Assembly: GCA_963422735.1 (NCBI GenBank)
Contig: OY730476.1
Span: 4,384,001 to 4,448,000 of the forward strand
From: Candidatus Latescibacterota bacterium
GTDB taxonomy: Bacteria; Latescibacterota; UBA2968; UBA8231
Direction of reading: 5' to 3'
Length of the DNA stretch: 64,000 nucleotides
Under the pieces are notes generated by a model. That model did no database searches. It saw nothing but the letters and a program-made list of their open reading frames with translations, and had not been told where the DNA came from. The position numbers and the translations under genes were made by a program. Positions 46,597 through 56,043 of this stretch are shown one piece after another (within the stretch, counting starts at the first letter, position 1; each line of letters starts with the position of its first letter).

Positions 46597-47916
46597 ATGT
46601 CGTCCTTCTTCCACAAAGCCTACATCGCCGCCCTCATCTGCTGCCTCCTATTCCTCGCCTACATCTACGGCGTGGTGTCGGCGATTTTCCACCTCTCCCC
46701 CGCCCCCGACATCCGCATCCACGCAGTCAACGCCTACGGCCACCTCGCCTATCTCTACGAGAGCCTCACCGACACCAAAAACCAATTCACCAGCACCATG
46801 TGGTTTGAAGACGCCAGTGCGCCGTCCGGGGCCATCATCCACAACGCCGCTGCCATGCAGCCCGGCCTAACGCTCGTATCCAAAAACGCCACCGCTGCCG
46901 TGCTTATGGACTCTCTCGGCAACATTGTGCATCAGTGGCAATGCGACTTTGCGGCCGCCTTTGACGAAGGCGATTTCGCCGCGTTCCCGCAGCAGCCCGA
47001 CATGCTGCACTGGCACCGCACCCACCTGTATCCTAACGGCGACCTGCTCGCCAACCACGACTACGTCAACCACTACCCCTACGGCTACGGCCTCGTCAAA
47101 CTGAACAAAAACTCACAGGTCATCTGGAAATACACCGGCACCGCCCACCACGACTTCGACCTCGACGGCGAAGGCAACATCTACGCCCTAGTCCAAGAAA
47201 TCGGCACTGCGCCCATCGGCAACATCCAACCCCCATACATCGAGGATTTCGCCGTGGTTATCAACGCGCAAACCGGCCAAGAGAAGCGGCGCTTTTCCCT
47301 CTTCCGCGCCTTGAAAAACTCGCCGTATCGCAGCGTATTCGACCGCTGGCAGCCCACCCGCCACAGCGAAGTTACCCACACCAACGCCATTCGCCTGATC
47401 CCGCCGGATTGGGCCACCCACATCCCGCGAGTCAAAGCCGGCGACCTGCTCATCTCCCTGCGCAACCCCAACGCCCTCATCATCGTCGATCCCACAGAGC
47501 AACAAGTGATCTGGTATGGGGAAGGAATTTGGAAACAGCAGCACGACCCCGACTTGCTGCCCAACGGCCGCGTGCTGCTCTTCGACAATCAGGGCCTGCG
47601 CGGCAACCCCTTCGGCCAAAGCCGCGTACTCGAAATCGATCTATTTACGCACGAAATTTACTGGGAGTACAAAGGCACCAGCCCCGACCACCTGTTCGAC
47701 AGTTGGATCCGCGGCGCCCAACAGCGCCTGCCCAACGGCAACACCCTCATCACCGAATCGCAACGCGGGCGCTTGCTCGAAGTCACGCCAGCCGGCGAAA
47801 TCGCGTGGGAATACTACAATCCAGACCGCGCCGAATACCAAGGCAAACCCCTGCGCGGCATGATGACCCAAGCCCAGAGGATACCCCAAGATGCGCTGTC
47901 ATTTCTCGGTAATTAG
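46597..47916 (+). CDS. Arylsulfotransferase (ASST-like) family protein
   Basis: N-terminal TM helix; AHHDF, THTNAI, LISLRN, QQHDP, FDN and QRLPNGNTLITE motifs. Confidence 0.88.
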   Translation: MSSFFHKAYIAALICCLLFLAYIYGVVSAIFHLSPAPDIRIHAVNAYGHLAYLYESLTDTKNQFTSTMWFEDASAPSGAIIHNAAAMQPGLTLVSKNATAAVLMDSLGNIVHQWQCDFAAAFDEGDFAAFPQQPDMLHWHRTHLYPNGDLLANHDYVNHYPYGYGLVKLNKNSQVIWKYTGTAHHDFDLDGEGNIYALVQEIGTAPIGNIQPPYIEDFAVVINAQTGQEKRRFSLFRALKNSPYRSVFDRWQPTRHSEVTHTNAIRLIPPDWATHIPRVKAGDLLISLRNPNALIIVDPTEQQVIWYGEGIWKQQHDPDLLPNGRVLLFDNQGLRGNPFGQSRVLEIDLFTHEIYWEYKGTSPDHLFDSWIRGAQQRLPNGNTLITESQRGRLLEVTPAGEIAWEYYNPDRAEYQGKPLRGMMTQAQRIPQDALSFLGN

Positions 47917-48106
47917 TCTCGCGCTCCTGCTCCTGTGCAACAGCGCGGCCCACGCTTACATCGGCCCCATCATCATCATCGGCGCAATCGGCAGCATGTT
48001 TGGCTGGGTCGCCGCCGTCGTCATCGCCGCCGCACTCGTCGCCTCGTACCCCTTTTACGTGCTGTATCGCCGCAAAAACAAACGCAAACAAAGCAAACCA
48101 ATGTGA
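47891..48106 (+). CDS. Small membrane protein with AHA|YIGP motif
   Basis: Signal peptide, AYIGP, hydrophobic helix, YP and basic tail RRKNKRK; overlaps the ASST stop. Confidence 0.65.
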   Translation: MRCHFSVISLALLLLCNSAAHAYIGPIIIIGAIGSMFGWVAAVVIAAALVASYPFYVLYRRKNKRKQSKPM

Positions 48107-48147
48107 TTGCGCCCAAGCCTCCCCCAAGACAAGCACAAGGCTTGTCC

Positions 48148-48891
48148 CTACAGGGCGTGCTGGCTCGTTTCCCCCGTCATCCTCAGCAGCCGGACGCCGT
48201 GCTCCAAAGCTCCGGGCGTATCCACATCTTGCCACCAAGCCGCGCCAATGTCCAAAGGGCGCAGTCGGCCGCGCTCTATCAGCATCTGCATCCCGTCGGT
48301 CAAGCTGCAATCGCCCCGACGCGCCTCGACCTCGCTGAGGCACTCCACCAAGGTGTCGCTGCAAGCGAACAGACCGGTATCGACGGCGTTGAAATCCGTT
48401 AGCTCCTTGCCAATCGCCGCGATGCGTTCACCCACTAGCCGCACCTTAGTCGCGTCGTCCATGTCGTAGATCGCGTCCAATTTGCGATCCACCGCCAACA
48501 TCACTTCTCCGGGACTTAGGCCGACGCCGCACATCGCGGTGATCATCTGAGGGTCGAAGAGATGATCGGCCATCAGTAGTAGGAATTTCTCAGACAGCAT
48601 CTCGGCTGCCGCCAACACCGAAATCCCATTCGACAGCTTCCATTGCGGATTCTCTACAAATCGCAGCCCGATTCCCAAATCGCCCATCCCCTTCAGGGCC
48701 GCCCGCACTGCCGCGCTGCGATACCCGGTGACCACGACTCCCTCCCGCAGGCCGATCTTCCCCAGCATCCGGCAGGTGCGCCCCAGCAGCGGCTCCCCCT
48801 CAATTTCGACTAGCCCCTTGTGTTCCACCGGCACGTGGTCGCGCAAGCGCGAGCCATCGCCCGCCGCCAAAATAAGCGCTTGGTCAATCAC
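48148..48891 (-). CDS. Nucleotidyltransferase (LicC/inositol-1-phosphate cytidylyltransferase-like)
   Basis: ALILAAGDGSRL, NGISVL, LMADH, DDATKV, VDTGLF and WQDVDT motifs. Confidence 0.85.
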   Translation of the reverse strand: MIDQALILAAGDGSRLRDHVPVEHKGLVEIEGEPLLGRTCRMLGKIGLREGVVVTGYRSAAVRAALKGMGDLGIGLRFVENPQWKLSNGISVLAAAEMLSEKFLLLMADHLFDPQMITAMCGVGLSPGEVMLAVDRKLDAIYDMDDATKVRLVGERIAAIGKELTDFNAVDTGLFACSDTLVECLSEVEARRGDCSLTDGMQMLIERGRLRPLDIGAAWWQDVDTPGALEHGVRLLRMTGETSQHAL

Positions 48892-49040
48892 AACACCTCT
48901 CCTTTAGCGAGAAACACTATCGACCGAGCGCGAAAGCTATCCAATACCTCGTTATCAGGATAAATGGCAACGCGGGTTTTGCCTCTCTGGGCTGCGACCA
49001 GCCCCCGCTTCCCCGGCCTGAAATCATATTCCTTCTTCAT
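48888..49040 (-). pseudogene. Truncated BrnA-family antitoxin
   Basis: MKKEYDFRPGKRGLVAAQRGKTRVAIYPDNEVLDSFRAR matches the BrnA/DUF4415 N-terminus; the GYQTxIN helix is missing. Confidence 0.72.
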
Positions 49041-49069
49041 AATCTCACTGCTCCGATTGATTTGCTATT

Positions 49070-51196
49070 TCAGCCGATGATAAACACTATATTGCCGGTC
49101 TTGCCGGTAAAGTAGTCGATGACAATCCACAGGCCGTTGCACAGGCTCTCGCCCATAATCAGCCCCAAGAAGAAACGCACGCTCGCCGCGTAGAACGCCG
49201 GCCCGCCAAAGCGCAGCACGAGCCGCTTGACCGCCCAAGCGATGAAAATGCTGAACCAGATCTTGTCCATCAGGTGATTGGCTGCCACGGCAAAACCGAG
49301 CGGGTGTAGAGGCCACCAAAGCACGTGATGTCGCGCCCACATCAACAAGAGCATGACCGCCCCACCGCCAGCGCAAAAAGCGAGTCCGTCCCAAGCCACA
49401 CCCGCCGGCTCCAGCCCGCGCACCGCATAGTTGTACACGGTGGACGGCCCGCCCTTAAAAAACCACCCCACCAGATTGATCCCCCCGTGCCGGTGTGCCA
49501 TGTGCAACACCATCCAGCACGAGCCAGCCGCGCCAATCAAGATCGCCAAACATACCCCCCACATCACCACCCGCCGGCTCGGGCGCGTCATGTCCTCGAC
49601 CAGCTTCAGCCCGTTGGCCAACAGCGCCATCACAAAGATGCGGATGTCGGCACACCAGATATAGGCCAGCGACAAATTGAACACCCCGCTGGTGCCGATC
49701 AGGTTGACGCCCAAGCCGTGTATCATCAGGTCCGGCGCGATCATGGGCGAGCGCACGGCTGCCAACCCTGCTTCGGCTACAATCCGGCTAATCCCGATAA
49801 AAATCAACAGCGCGAACCCAATAAACACCGCAGCCACCCATAATTGCACCCCCATCAGCCACAGCCATCCCACCATCGTCCCCACGCCGGCCAGCAAGGT
49901 GCAAACCGCGCCGCGATACGAGACGATCTCGTCGCCATCGTCTATGTCGCACACGCCCCCAAATGCCTTGCGGAATACTTGCTTCAGGTGTTCGCGGCTC
50001 ACCCATAGGCCGGCCAGTACCATCGCCAGCAGTGCGCCGCCGCCCTGATAGGCCAGATAGGGCTGGGAGGCAATGCCATAAACGAACTTCTGCTTGGACG
50101 TCAGGCCCATCAGCAGTAGGATCTCGGACTCGGCCCGGACTAAGAGCTGGAAGATCCACAGGCCGGCCGAGATGCTCGTGTTGATCAAATAAGAAAAACC
50201 CACTAGCGCGAAGATGATCCGCAGTTGCAAGCGCTGGCCGAAGTAGGGCATGCTCCATTGCAGGCTTGCATTGGGCATAGACGGTTCGTACTGGTGCAGG
50301 GCCTCAAGCGACCCCCACAGCACTGGGATGGCGCAGCCATACCACATGGCCCGGCTCTTAAAAAAGCGGTTGACCAAACCCCGGCCCTCGCCCTGCACCA
50401 TGGCCGCCCCCACCTGCGCCACTGGGTACGCCAGCCGTTCGCGGTCCATCCACTGCCGCCGCAAGATCACGGCCGCAGCGACCATCGCCGCGTAGAGCGC
50501 GATGAGGAACACCGCCCACCACAACAGCGGCTCGGCCCAAGCCCCATAAGGGATTTCCCCGCCCTCGAAGAAACCGCGGTTGTCCTTTCCGTCGTCGACC
50601 AAGATCGCGTGCTCGGGCAAGAGCGGGCCGAGCTTTTCCTGCCACTTGTTTAGCGGCGTACCGTAATACGCAAAGGCCGCGAGAATGGGCAGCAACTGCT
50701 GGCTCATGCCCATAGTACACAGGGCCGAGACCATCAAGAGCATGATGTACACCAAGACCAAGTCGGCGCGGTCGAGAGCCAGCGATCCACCGTGCCAGAC
50801 CAAGGCCGCGTTGAGCAGCAACGAGGCCACCAAAAAGGAGGCAAACCACAGGCCCGGCTTGAACAGGTCAATCTGCGGCTGGGGCAGATAATAAGCCAGA
50901 TAGAGACCCAGCCCTACCGCAGCTACCCCCAGTGCCCAAAATCCGTTCCGCGCCACCACCTTGAAGAGGACGTTTAGCAGGCCGATGAGCACGAGAAACA
51001 GGAAGATCGCGCCGGGGGTATTGAAGTCCCACGCCATAAAGGTCGCGTGCATGGCCATGTTGGCGTATGGTGCGCCAATGGCGAGGAAGAAGCTGAGAAA
51101 GATACCCGTCCAAAAACCACGCCAAGTTACGCCGATCGCGGCTCCCGGGCGGGATTTAGGGGAGGTGGCAAAGGTGGAGGGAATGGACCGCTGCAA
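49070..51196 (-). CDS. DUF6785/DUF6784-type polytopic membrane protein (putative transporter), paralogue 2
   Basis: LRRQWMDRERLAYP, SRIVAEAG, WWPLHPLG and FFLGLIMG motifs. Confidence 0.82.
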   Translation of the reverse strand: MQRSIPSTFATSPKSRPGAAIGVTWRGFWTGIFLSFFLAIGAPYANMAMHATFMAWDFNTPGAIFLFLVLIGLLNVLFKVVARNGFWALGVAAVGLGLYLAYYLPQPQIDLFKPGLWFASFLVASLLLNAALVWHGGSLALDRADLVLVYIMLLMVSALCTMGMSQQLLPILAAFAYYGTPLNKWQEKLGPLLPEHAILVDDGKDNRGFFEGGEIPYGAWAEPLLWWAVFLIALYAAMVAAAVILRRQWMDRERLAYPVAQVGAAMVQGEGRGLVNRFFKSRAMWYGCAIPVLWGSLEALHQYEPSMPNASLQWSMPYFGQRLQLRIIFALVGFSYLINTSISAGLWIFQLLVRAESEILLLMGLTSKQKFVYGIASQPYLAYQGGGALLAMVLAGLWVSREHLKQVFRKAFGGVCDIDDGDEIVSYRGAVCTLLAGVGTMVGWLWLMGVQLWVAAVFIGFALLIFIGISRIVAEAGLAAVRSPMIAPDLMIHGLGVNLIGTSGVFNLSLAYIWCADIRIFVMALLANGLKLVEDMTRPSRRVVMWGVCLAILIGAAGSCWMVLHMAHRHGGINLVGWFFKGGPSTVYNYAVRGLEPAGVAWDGLAFCAGGGAVMLLLMWARHHVLWWPLHPLGFAVAANHLMDKIWFSIFIAWAVKRLVLRFGGPAFYAASVRFFLGLIMGESLCNGLWIVIDYFTGKTGNIVFIIG

Positions 51197-51199
51197 ACT

Positions 51200-53050
51200 T
51201 CAATACTCCACGTGGATGCCGGCCAGCGCGGGCGTCTTGGCGACCAAGGTGCGCACGCGGCGAAGATGCCGCTGCCCGGCCCGGCTCAGCGCGGGCTCGC
51301 CCCCGGCCAGCAAATCGCGCTGTTCCAGCGCGTCGGTCGCCAAGTCGAACAGCATGGAGCCGCGCCAGCTATAGTTGATGTACTTCCAATCGCTGGCCAC
51401 AACCGCGTAGCCTTTGCGCGACCACTGCACGTGCTCGTCTGTGTTGACCACCACGATCAAACGCTCGGGATCTAGCGGACGCAAAAGCGAGCGGCCGTCC
51501 AGTCGCTCCTGCCACGCGCCGACCAAGGAATCGGCGGACAGCCCGAGGAGGTCCAGCGCGGTCGGCACCAAGTCCGTTAGCGCGACGCGCATCTGCGCGT
51601 TCTCGCGCCACAGATCGAAGCTGGTGCCTAGCCGCTGCCGGTGCCGCTCGGGCACGACGGCAAAAAACGGGACGGCAATCGCCGTCTGGTAATACGAATC
51701 CGTGCGATGGAGTTTGTGGATACTGTCGAGGTCTTCGCCGTGGTCGGCCGCAAAGATCACACTCGTATTCGCCGCTAGGCCCTGTGCGGCGAGGTGGTCG
51801 AACAGCCGTCCGAGCAGGTGATCCATATAGGCCACCGCACTATCGTAGCTCGCGTCCGGCCACGGCTGCCAATCCGGCGGCGAGTACCCCGGATAATGTG
51901 TGCAGTTGAATTGCAGGGCCACCACAAACGGGCCGCGTGCGGCAAAGTGGTCGATAGTTGCGAGGGCTTCGGTCATCATCCGGCGGTCGTCCATCCCTTC
52001 GGAATTGACGATCTCGGCGTCCGAGCGCTCGAGCGTAAACACATAGTCCAGCGCATCGTCAATAAAAAAGCCTTCGAAATTGTTCCAAGCATAGCTCTGC
52101 GCCGAGATCAGCGCTGTCTGGTAGCCGGCGGCGTGGGCGTAGTGCCACAGCAGCGGGAAGGTGTGCTGCTCCACGGGCGTGCGCGATGGGAAAAGCCCGG
52201 TCAGCATGGCCGGCAGTGCCACCTTCGTCGCCGTAGCATTGGACACGGCCTTCTCCATCTGCACCCAATCGGCTGGCCGCGCCTTTCGCAACGCCGCCAG
52301 CCGGGGCGTAGTTTGCCGCTCGTACCCGTAGAGGCCGGTGCGGCTAGGCGCGACGCTTTCCCCGATCACCACGATGAGGTTGGGCGCACGCTCATCCACG
52401 GGTGCGCCGCTGTGCATGGCACCCGACGCCGGGCGGCTCGCTTGCAATAAACGTCCGTGTACCCCGCCGACAAGCGAATGGACGGCAAGGTCAACGGCCA
52501 GTTTCGCAGCCGCCGCATCCGGCACCATGACGCTCGCGTGGCGATGCACCGCGCCAAAAGCCACCGCCCCGGCCAAGCACAGCGCGACCAAAACTCTGCC
52601 GTGCGCCATCTGGCGGCCTAGACGCAGCTTGTAGTGCCACCAGCCTATGACAAAGGCCACAAAGGCCACCCAGACGACCGCATCCCCCCAATCGGCCTCA
52701 TTGCAGATATATCCCCAAACCTCGCGTGGATGGCTAGCTGAATGCACGAGCGCGTAGGCCGTCGGCCAGCAGTAAAATATCTCGTGGAAGCCAATCCATA
52801 GCAGAGCCAGCGCGGAGGTCACTAAGCCGACGACGATGACAAACGCGGTTTGCCAGCGCGGGTACAACCGGCTGCTGAGCGCGAAAAGGCCCTGCCACAT
52901 CACCAGCGAGAACACCACCGACAGCCCCCACCACGCCCACTGCGTCGGGCGCAAGTCGAGCGTCGGCCGCAGCCATAGATCGACGGCCACTCCCAACAAG
53001 GTGATGGGAAGCAAGGGCAACGTTTGCTTTCGCACGCAGGGATCGTACAT
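51200..53050 (-). CDS. Membrane-anchored phosphoethanolamine-transferase/sulfatase-like protein (EptA/LtaS type)
   Basis: N-terminal TM helices; NLIVVIGES, LYGYERQTTPRL, putative Thr nucleophile in ATATKVALP, THYP, YDSAVAYMD, ADHGE; start uncertain. Confidence 0.8.
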   Translation of the reverse strand: MYDPCVRKQTLPLLPITLLGVAVDLWLRPTLDLRPTQWAWWGLSVVFSLVMWQGLFALSSRLYPRWQTAFVIVVGLVTSALALLWIGFHEIFYCWPTAYALVHSASHPREVWGYICNEADWGDAVVWVAFVAFVIGWWHYKLRLGRQMAHGRVLVALCLAGAVAFGAVHRHASVMVPDAAAAKLAVDLAVHSLVGGVHGRLLQASRPASGAMHSGAPVDERAPNLIVVIGESVAPSRTGLYGYERQTTPRLAALRKARPADWVQMEKAVSNATATKVALPAMLTGLFPSRTPVEQHTFPLLWHYAHAAGYQTALISAQSYAWNNFEGFFIDDALDYVFTLERSDAEIVNSEGMDDRRMMTEALATIDHFAARGPFVVALQFNCTHYPGYSPPDWQPWPDASYDSAVAYMDHLLGRLFDHLAAQGLAANTSVIFAADHGEDLDSIHKLHRTDSYYQTAIAVPFFAVVPERHRQRLGTSFDLWRENAQMRVALTDLVPTALDLLGLSADSLVGAWQERLDGRSLLRPLDPERLIVVVNTDEHVQWSRKGYAVVASDWKYINYSWRGSMLFDLATDALEQRDLLAGGEPALSRAGQRHLRRVRTLVAKTPALAGIHVEY

Positions 53051-53249
53051 CCGAACCTGAGAAGCGTTCTTAGAGGCCCTAACCAAACGCCCGGCGTCGG
53101 CCCAAGCGCGAGCGAGCAAGGCCGTGGCCGGCGCAGCCGCGCGACGCCAGCAGAGCGTTTGGTTTTCGCTTAACTAAACCGCATTGGCCTTAAATTCCGG
53201 TTGGAGCCCCTCCCCATAGGCTTCGACGGCTCGCCGAAGGGTGCGGGGA

Positions 53250-53410
53250 CTAACCACTAACCACTAACCACTAACCACTAACCACTAACCACTAACCACT
53301 AACCACTAACCACTAACCACTAACCACTAACCACTAACCACTAACCACTAACCACTAACCACTAACCACTAACCACTAACCACTAACCACTAACCACTAA
53401 CCACTAACCA
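53250..53410. repeat. Perfect heptamer tandem repeat (CTAACCA)23
   Basis: 161 bp = 23 exact copies, ending 4 nt from the stop codon of the DapA-family gene. Confidence 0.98.
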
Positions 53411-53414
53411 TTGC

Positions 53415-54326
53415 CTACGCGCCCAAGATCCCGAGGTGCTGCAACTCCTTTTTGATGGCCTCGCGCCCTGCTGGTGGTACGTTGATGCGGGGTGGACGCA
53501 CCGCACCACCGGCTAGCCCCATCAGCTCCATCGTCGCCTTGAGCATTCCGGCATCGTCAAAGCGCGAGCGCAACCGCTCCAAGGGGGCCAGCCGCTCCTG
53601 CAACTCGATCATCTGTGGCCAATCCTGCCGTTGCGCGGCGGCGAAAAGCGCCAGCTCTAGCTGCGGAGCGAAGTTGACAAAACCAGCGGTAAAGCCCTCG
53701 ATCCCGGCTTGGAAGCGGAAATGCAACACGCCCGGGTCGTAGCGCTTGTTGCCGATCCAGACGAAGCGGTCGCCGAGCCGCTTGATGGCGCGGAAGAGGT
53801 GGTGCGGCTCAACGCAGGGGTCCTTGATCGCGGCGATCTGCGGCACTGCGGCCAGCCGCTCGAAAAGTTCGGCCGACCAGCCCTGCGTATTGTAGGGCAT
53901 CAGCACCAACCCCGACCGCGTCCCCAGCACTTCGTAGTATTGATACACGCCTTCGGGATCTTCGGGCACCTGATGGCGCGTGTAGGGTGCCATAGCCAGT
54001 GCCACGCGCAACCCCAACGCCTCGTAACGCGGTGCCAAGTCCGCGGCCTCGCCCAAGTTGCCGGGCAAGGTCGGCACCACCAGCGCCCGCTCCCCCACCG
54101 TCGCTAGGGCGCACTCGGACAACACCACGCGCTCGGTCGGGGCCAACGCGTCGTTTTCGCCCGTCCCGCCAGCCACCACAAAAACCCGTACCCCCCTGTC
54201 GGCGGCCCACGCTATATTGCGTGCAAACCCGTCCAAGTCGAGTGCGCAGAGATCATCGCGCTGATAAATGGTCAGGGTGTATGCGTGGACATCTTTTAGC
54301 TGGTCGCGCAAAGCATGGTCGATCAT
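53415..54326 (-). CDS. Dihydrodipicolinate synthase (DapA)-family lyase
   Basis: AGGTGE, PYN, Schiff-base IKD and VRPPR motifs. Confidence 0.85.
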   Translation of the reverse strand: MIDHALRDQLKDVHAYTLTIYQRDDLCALDLDGFARNIAWAADRGVRVFVVAGGTGENDALAPTERVVLSECALATVGERALVVPTLPGNLGEAADLAPRYEALGLRVALAMAPYTRHQVPEDPEGVYQYYEVLGTRSGLVLMPYNTQGWSAELFERLAAVPQIAAIKDPCVEPHHLFRAIKRLGDRFVWIGNKRYDPGVLHFRFQAGIEGFTAGFVNFAPQLELALFAAAQRQDWPQMIELQERLAPLERLRSRFDDAGMLKATMELMGLAGGAVRPPRINVPPAGREAIKKELQHLGILGA

Positions 54327-54339
54327 CGCTTTCTCCTAC

Positions 54340-56034
54340 CTAAGTGTATTCAGATATTTTCCACACCGCGGTTGCCTGCTTCGCCAACCATCTTTGATGC
54401 TCCTCTAAGCAGTTCATGTTCCATTCCGAGTACTCAGAGATGTGATGATTAATGCGATACTCGCTGGCCTGTAGCTTCTCTCTTTTTTGCTCAAAAACTT
54501 CCTGCCCCATATTTTGATGCGAAGGCAGCAAGGCCATGTTACCCAAACGATCAATCGCATTTTCATAGGTTTCGCGGCCAAAATAAGCCTGCCAATCGTC
54601 TCCTGGATTGTACGGCAACACATGTTCGATCGTCAGATTTTGGGGGGCTTGGCCGCCTAAATGCGTTTCAATTGCTCGCAACAGAAACATAATTTTTTTG
54701 CTACTGCGGCGACTTGGCATACTCTTGGCACCAAAGTGCTGGCGCACCTCTGCATCGTGCGGATAGATTGGCTTTAGCCTATCCATTACCTCTTGCAACG
54801 ATAAGCCTTCCTTCATTAACTGGTTGGCGGTACTGTTGTAAATCCGCTCTTGGTCATTGGTTGCTAGATTGCAAATAACATTGTAGCGCAGCGTCAATAC
54901 TTCAATATAGTTTAGCAGCTTGATGAACTCTTGCGGCGAAAATTTTTCATATCCTGCCATGAGCAGACTGAGAGGTGTTTTAATGCCAAATAGCTTAAGG
55001 GCTTCTAAATGGGGCTTTGCTTGTGTATATCGGCCCTCTCGTTCTTTCTAAAAATCGTCGTGGGGTTCTTGCAGGGCGGCATAGACTGGAGCCCGATCTT
55101 CGAGTTTTCCAAGATAGGGAATGACCTTTTCAGCTACATCGATTTCTCGCCTGAGCAACTTGTAAAGTTCTCTCTTGTGTGGAAGAGGGTCGGTCATTCC
55201 CCTATGGCTGCGGAGAAAATTGGCAAACTCAGTCTCGCCTAGTTGTTCAATGATAATCTGCCAGCGTCCGGCAAAGTCATCGAGGTTTTCCTCAGTGGAA
55301 AAAGCCGGATGACTTGCAAACGTTGAGAGGAGATAGTTTTTTAACAAATCTGGAGTTGCCAAATGTACACCACGTGCGTTGAGGGTCTCAAAAACAGTAT
55401 AGGCATTCAAATCATCTTTAACGGTAATCGCCGTAAAGAGAAGGCCATCTGCTATATCTCCCACTAGGGTCGCCAGCTTTCTCCCATCTTTTCCCATCTG
55501 AGAAAGTTTATTTGTAAAGAACTCAAACGTCCTATTTAATGCCCGGTTTGTCTTTGTAAGCCTGCGCCTAGTGGGTACCTCCAACCTTTCCGCCATAGCC
55601 CGAAAGTGCTGATTGTTGTGTCAATTGAGTACCAGCTTTGGCGATGTCGTTAGCGCAATGGAGTCAAAAACTCCAACATAGGTCCTTTTGTATTCCTCTA
55701 TCCTTTGCCGATTGGCCTCTTTATCGATCTGGCCATCGGCCAATGATTGTAATGTTTTCAATACTGCTAATACAACAATAGAAACAGTCGTTATCCGTTG
55801 CTGGCCGTCGATGATTTGAAAGCTCTTTCCATCCTCGGTCTGCAAAACCAGATAGCCCATAAAATGCTGAGTCTGGCTTTGCTGCATCTGCTCAATATCC
55901 TCCCACAGCTCCTCCCATTGTTCGTATTCCCAAGAATAGTCTCGCTGAAATGGGGGTACGATGTACCTCCTGTTACTGGACATGATCTCGGCAAAACACC
56001 TGTTTTCTGGATCGAGATAGATTTTCTCAAACAT
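54340..56034 (-). pseudogene. DUF262 + DUF1524 protein with two in-frame nonsense codons
   Basis: Three ORF pieces in one frame (565 codons); TGA at 55621-55623 in LN*HN (paralogue LNRHN) and TAG at 55048-55050 in DDF* (paralogue has W). Confidence 0.9.
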
Positions 56035-56043
56035 GAGAGCCTC

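Noticed and set aside
53250-53410. CRISPR array or telomere
   Set aside because: No spacers, and the unit is only 7 nt; it is internal, with bacterial genes on both sides.
54340-56034. Stop-codon reassignment or selenocysteine/pyrrolysine read-through
   Set aside because: The two stops differ (TGA and TAG), replace Arg and Trp, and both codons terminate many intact genes in this window.
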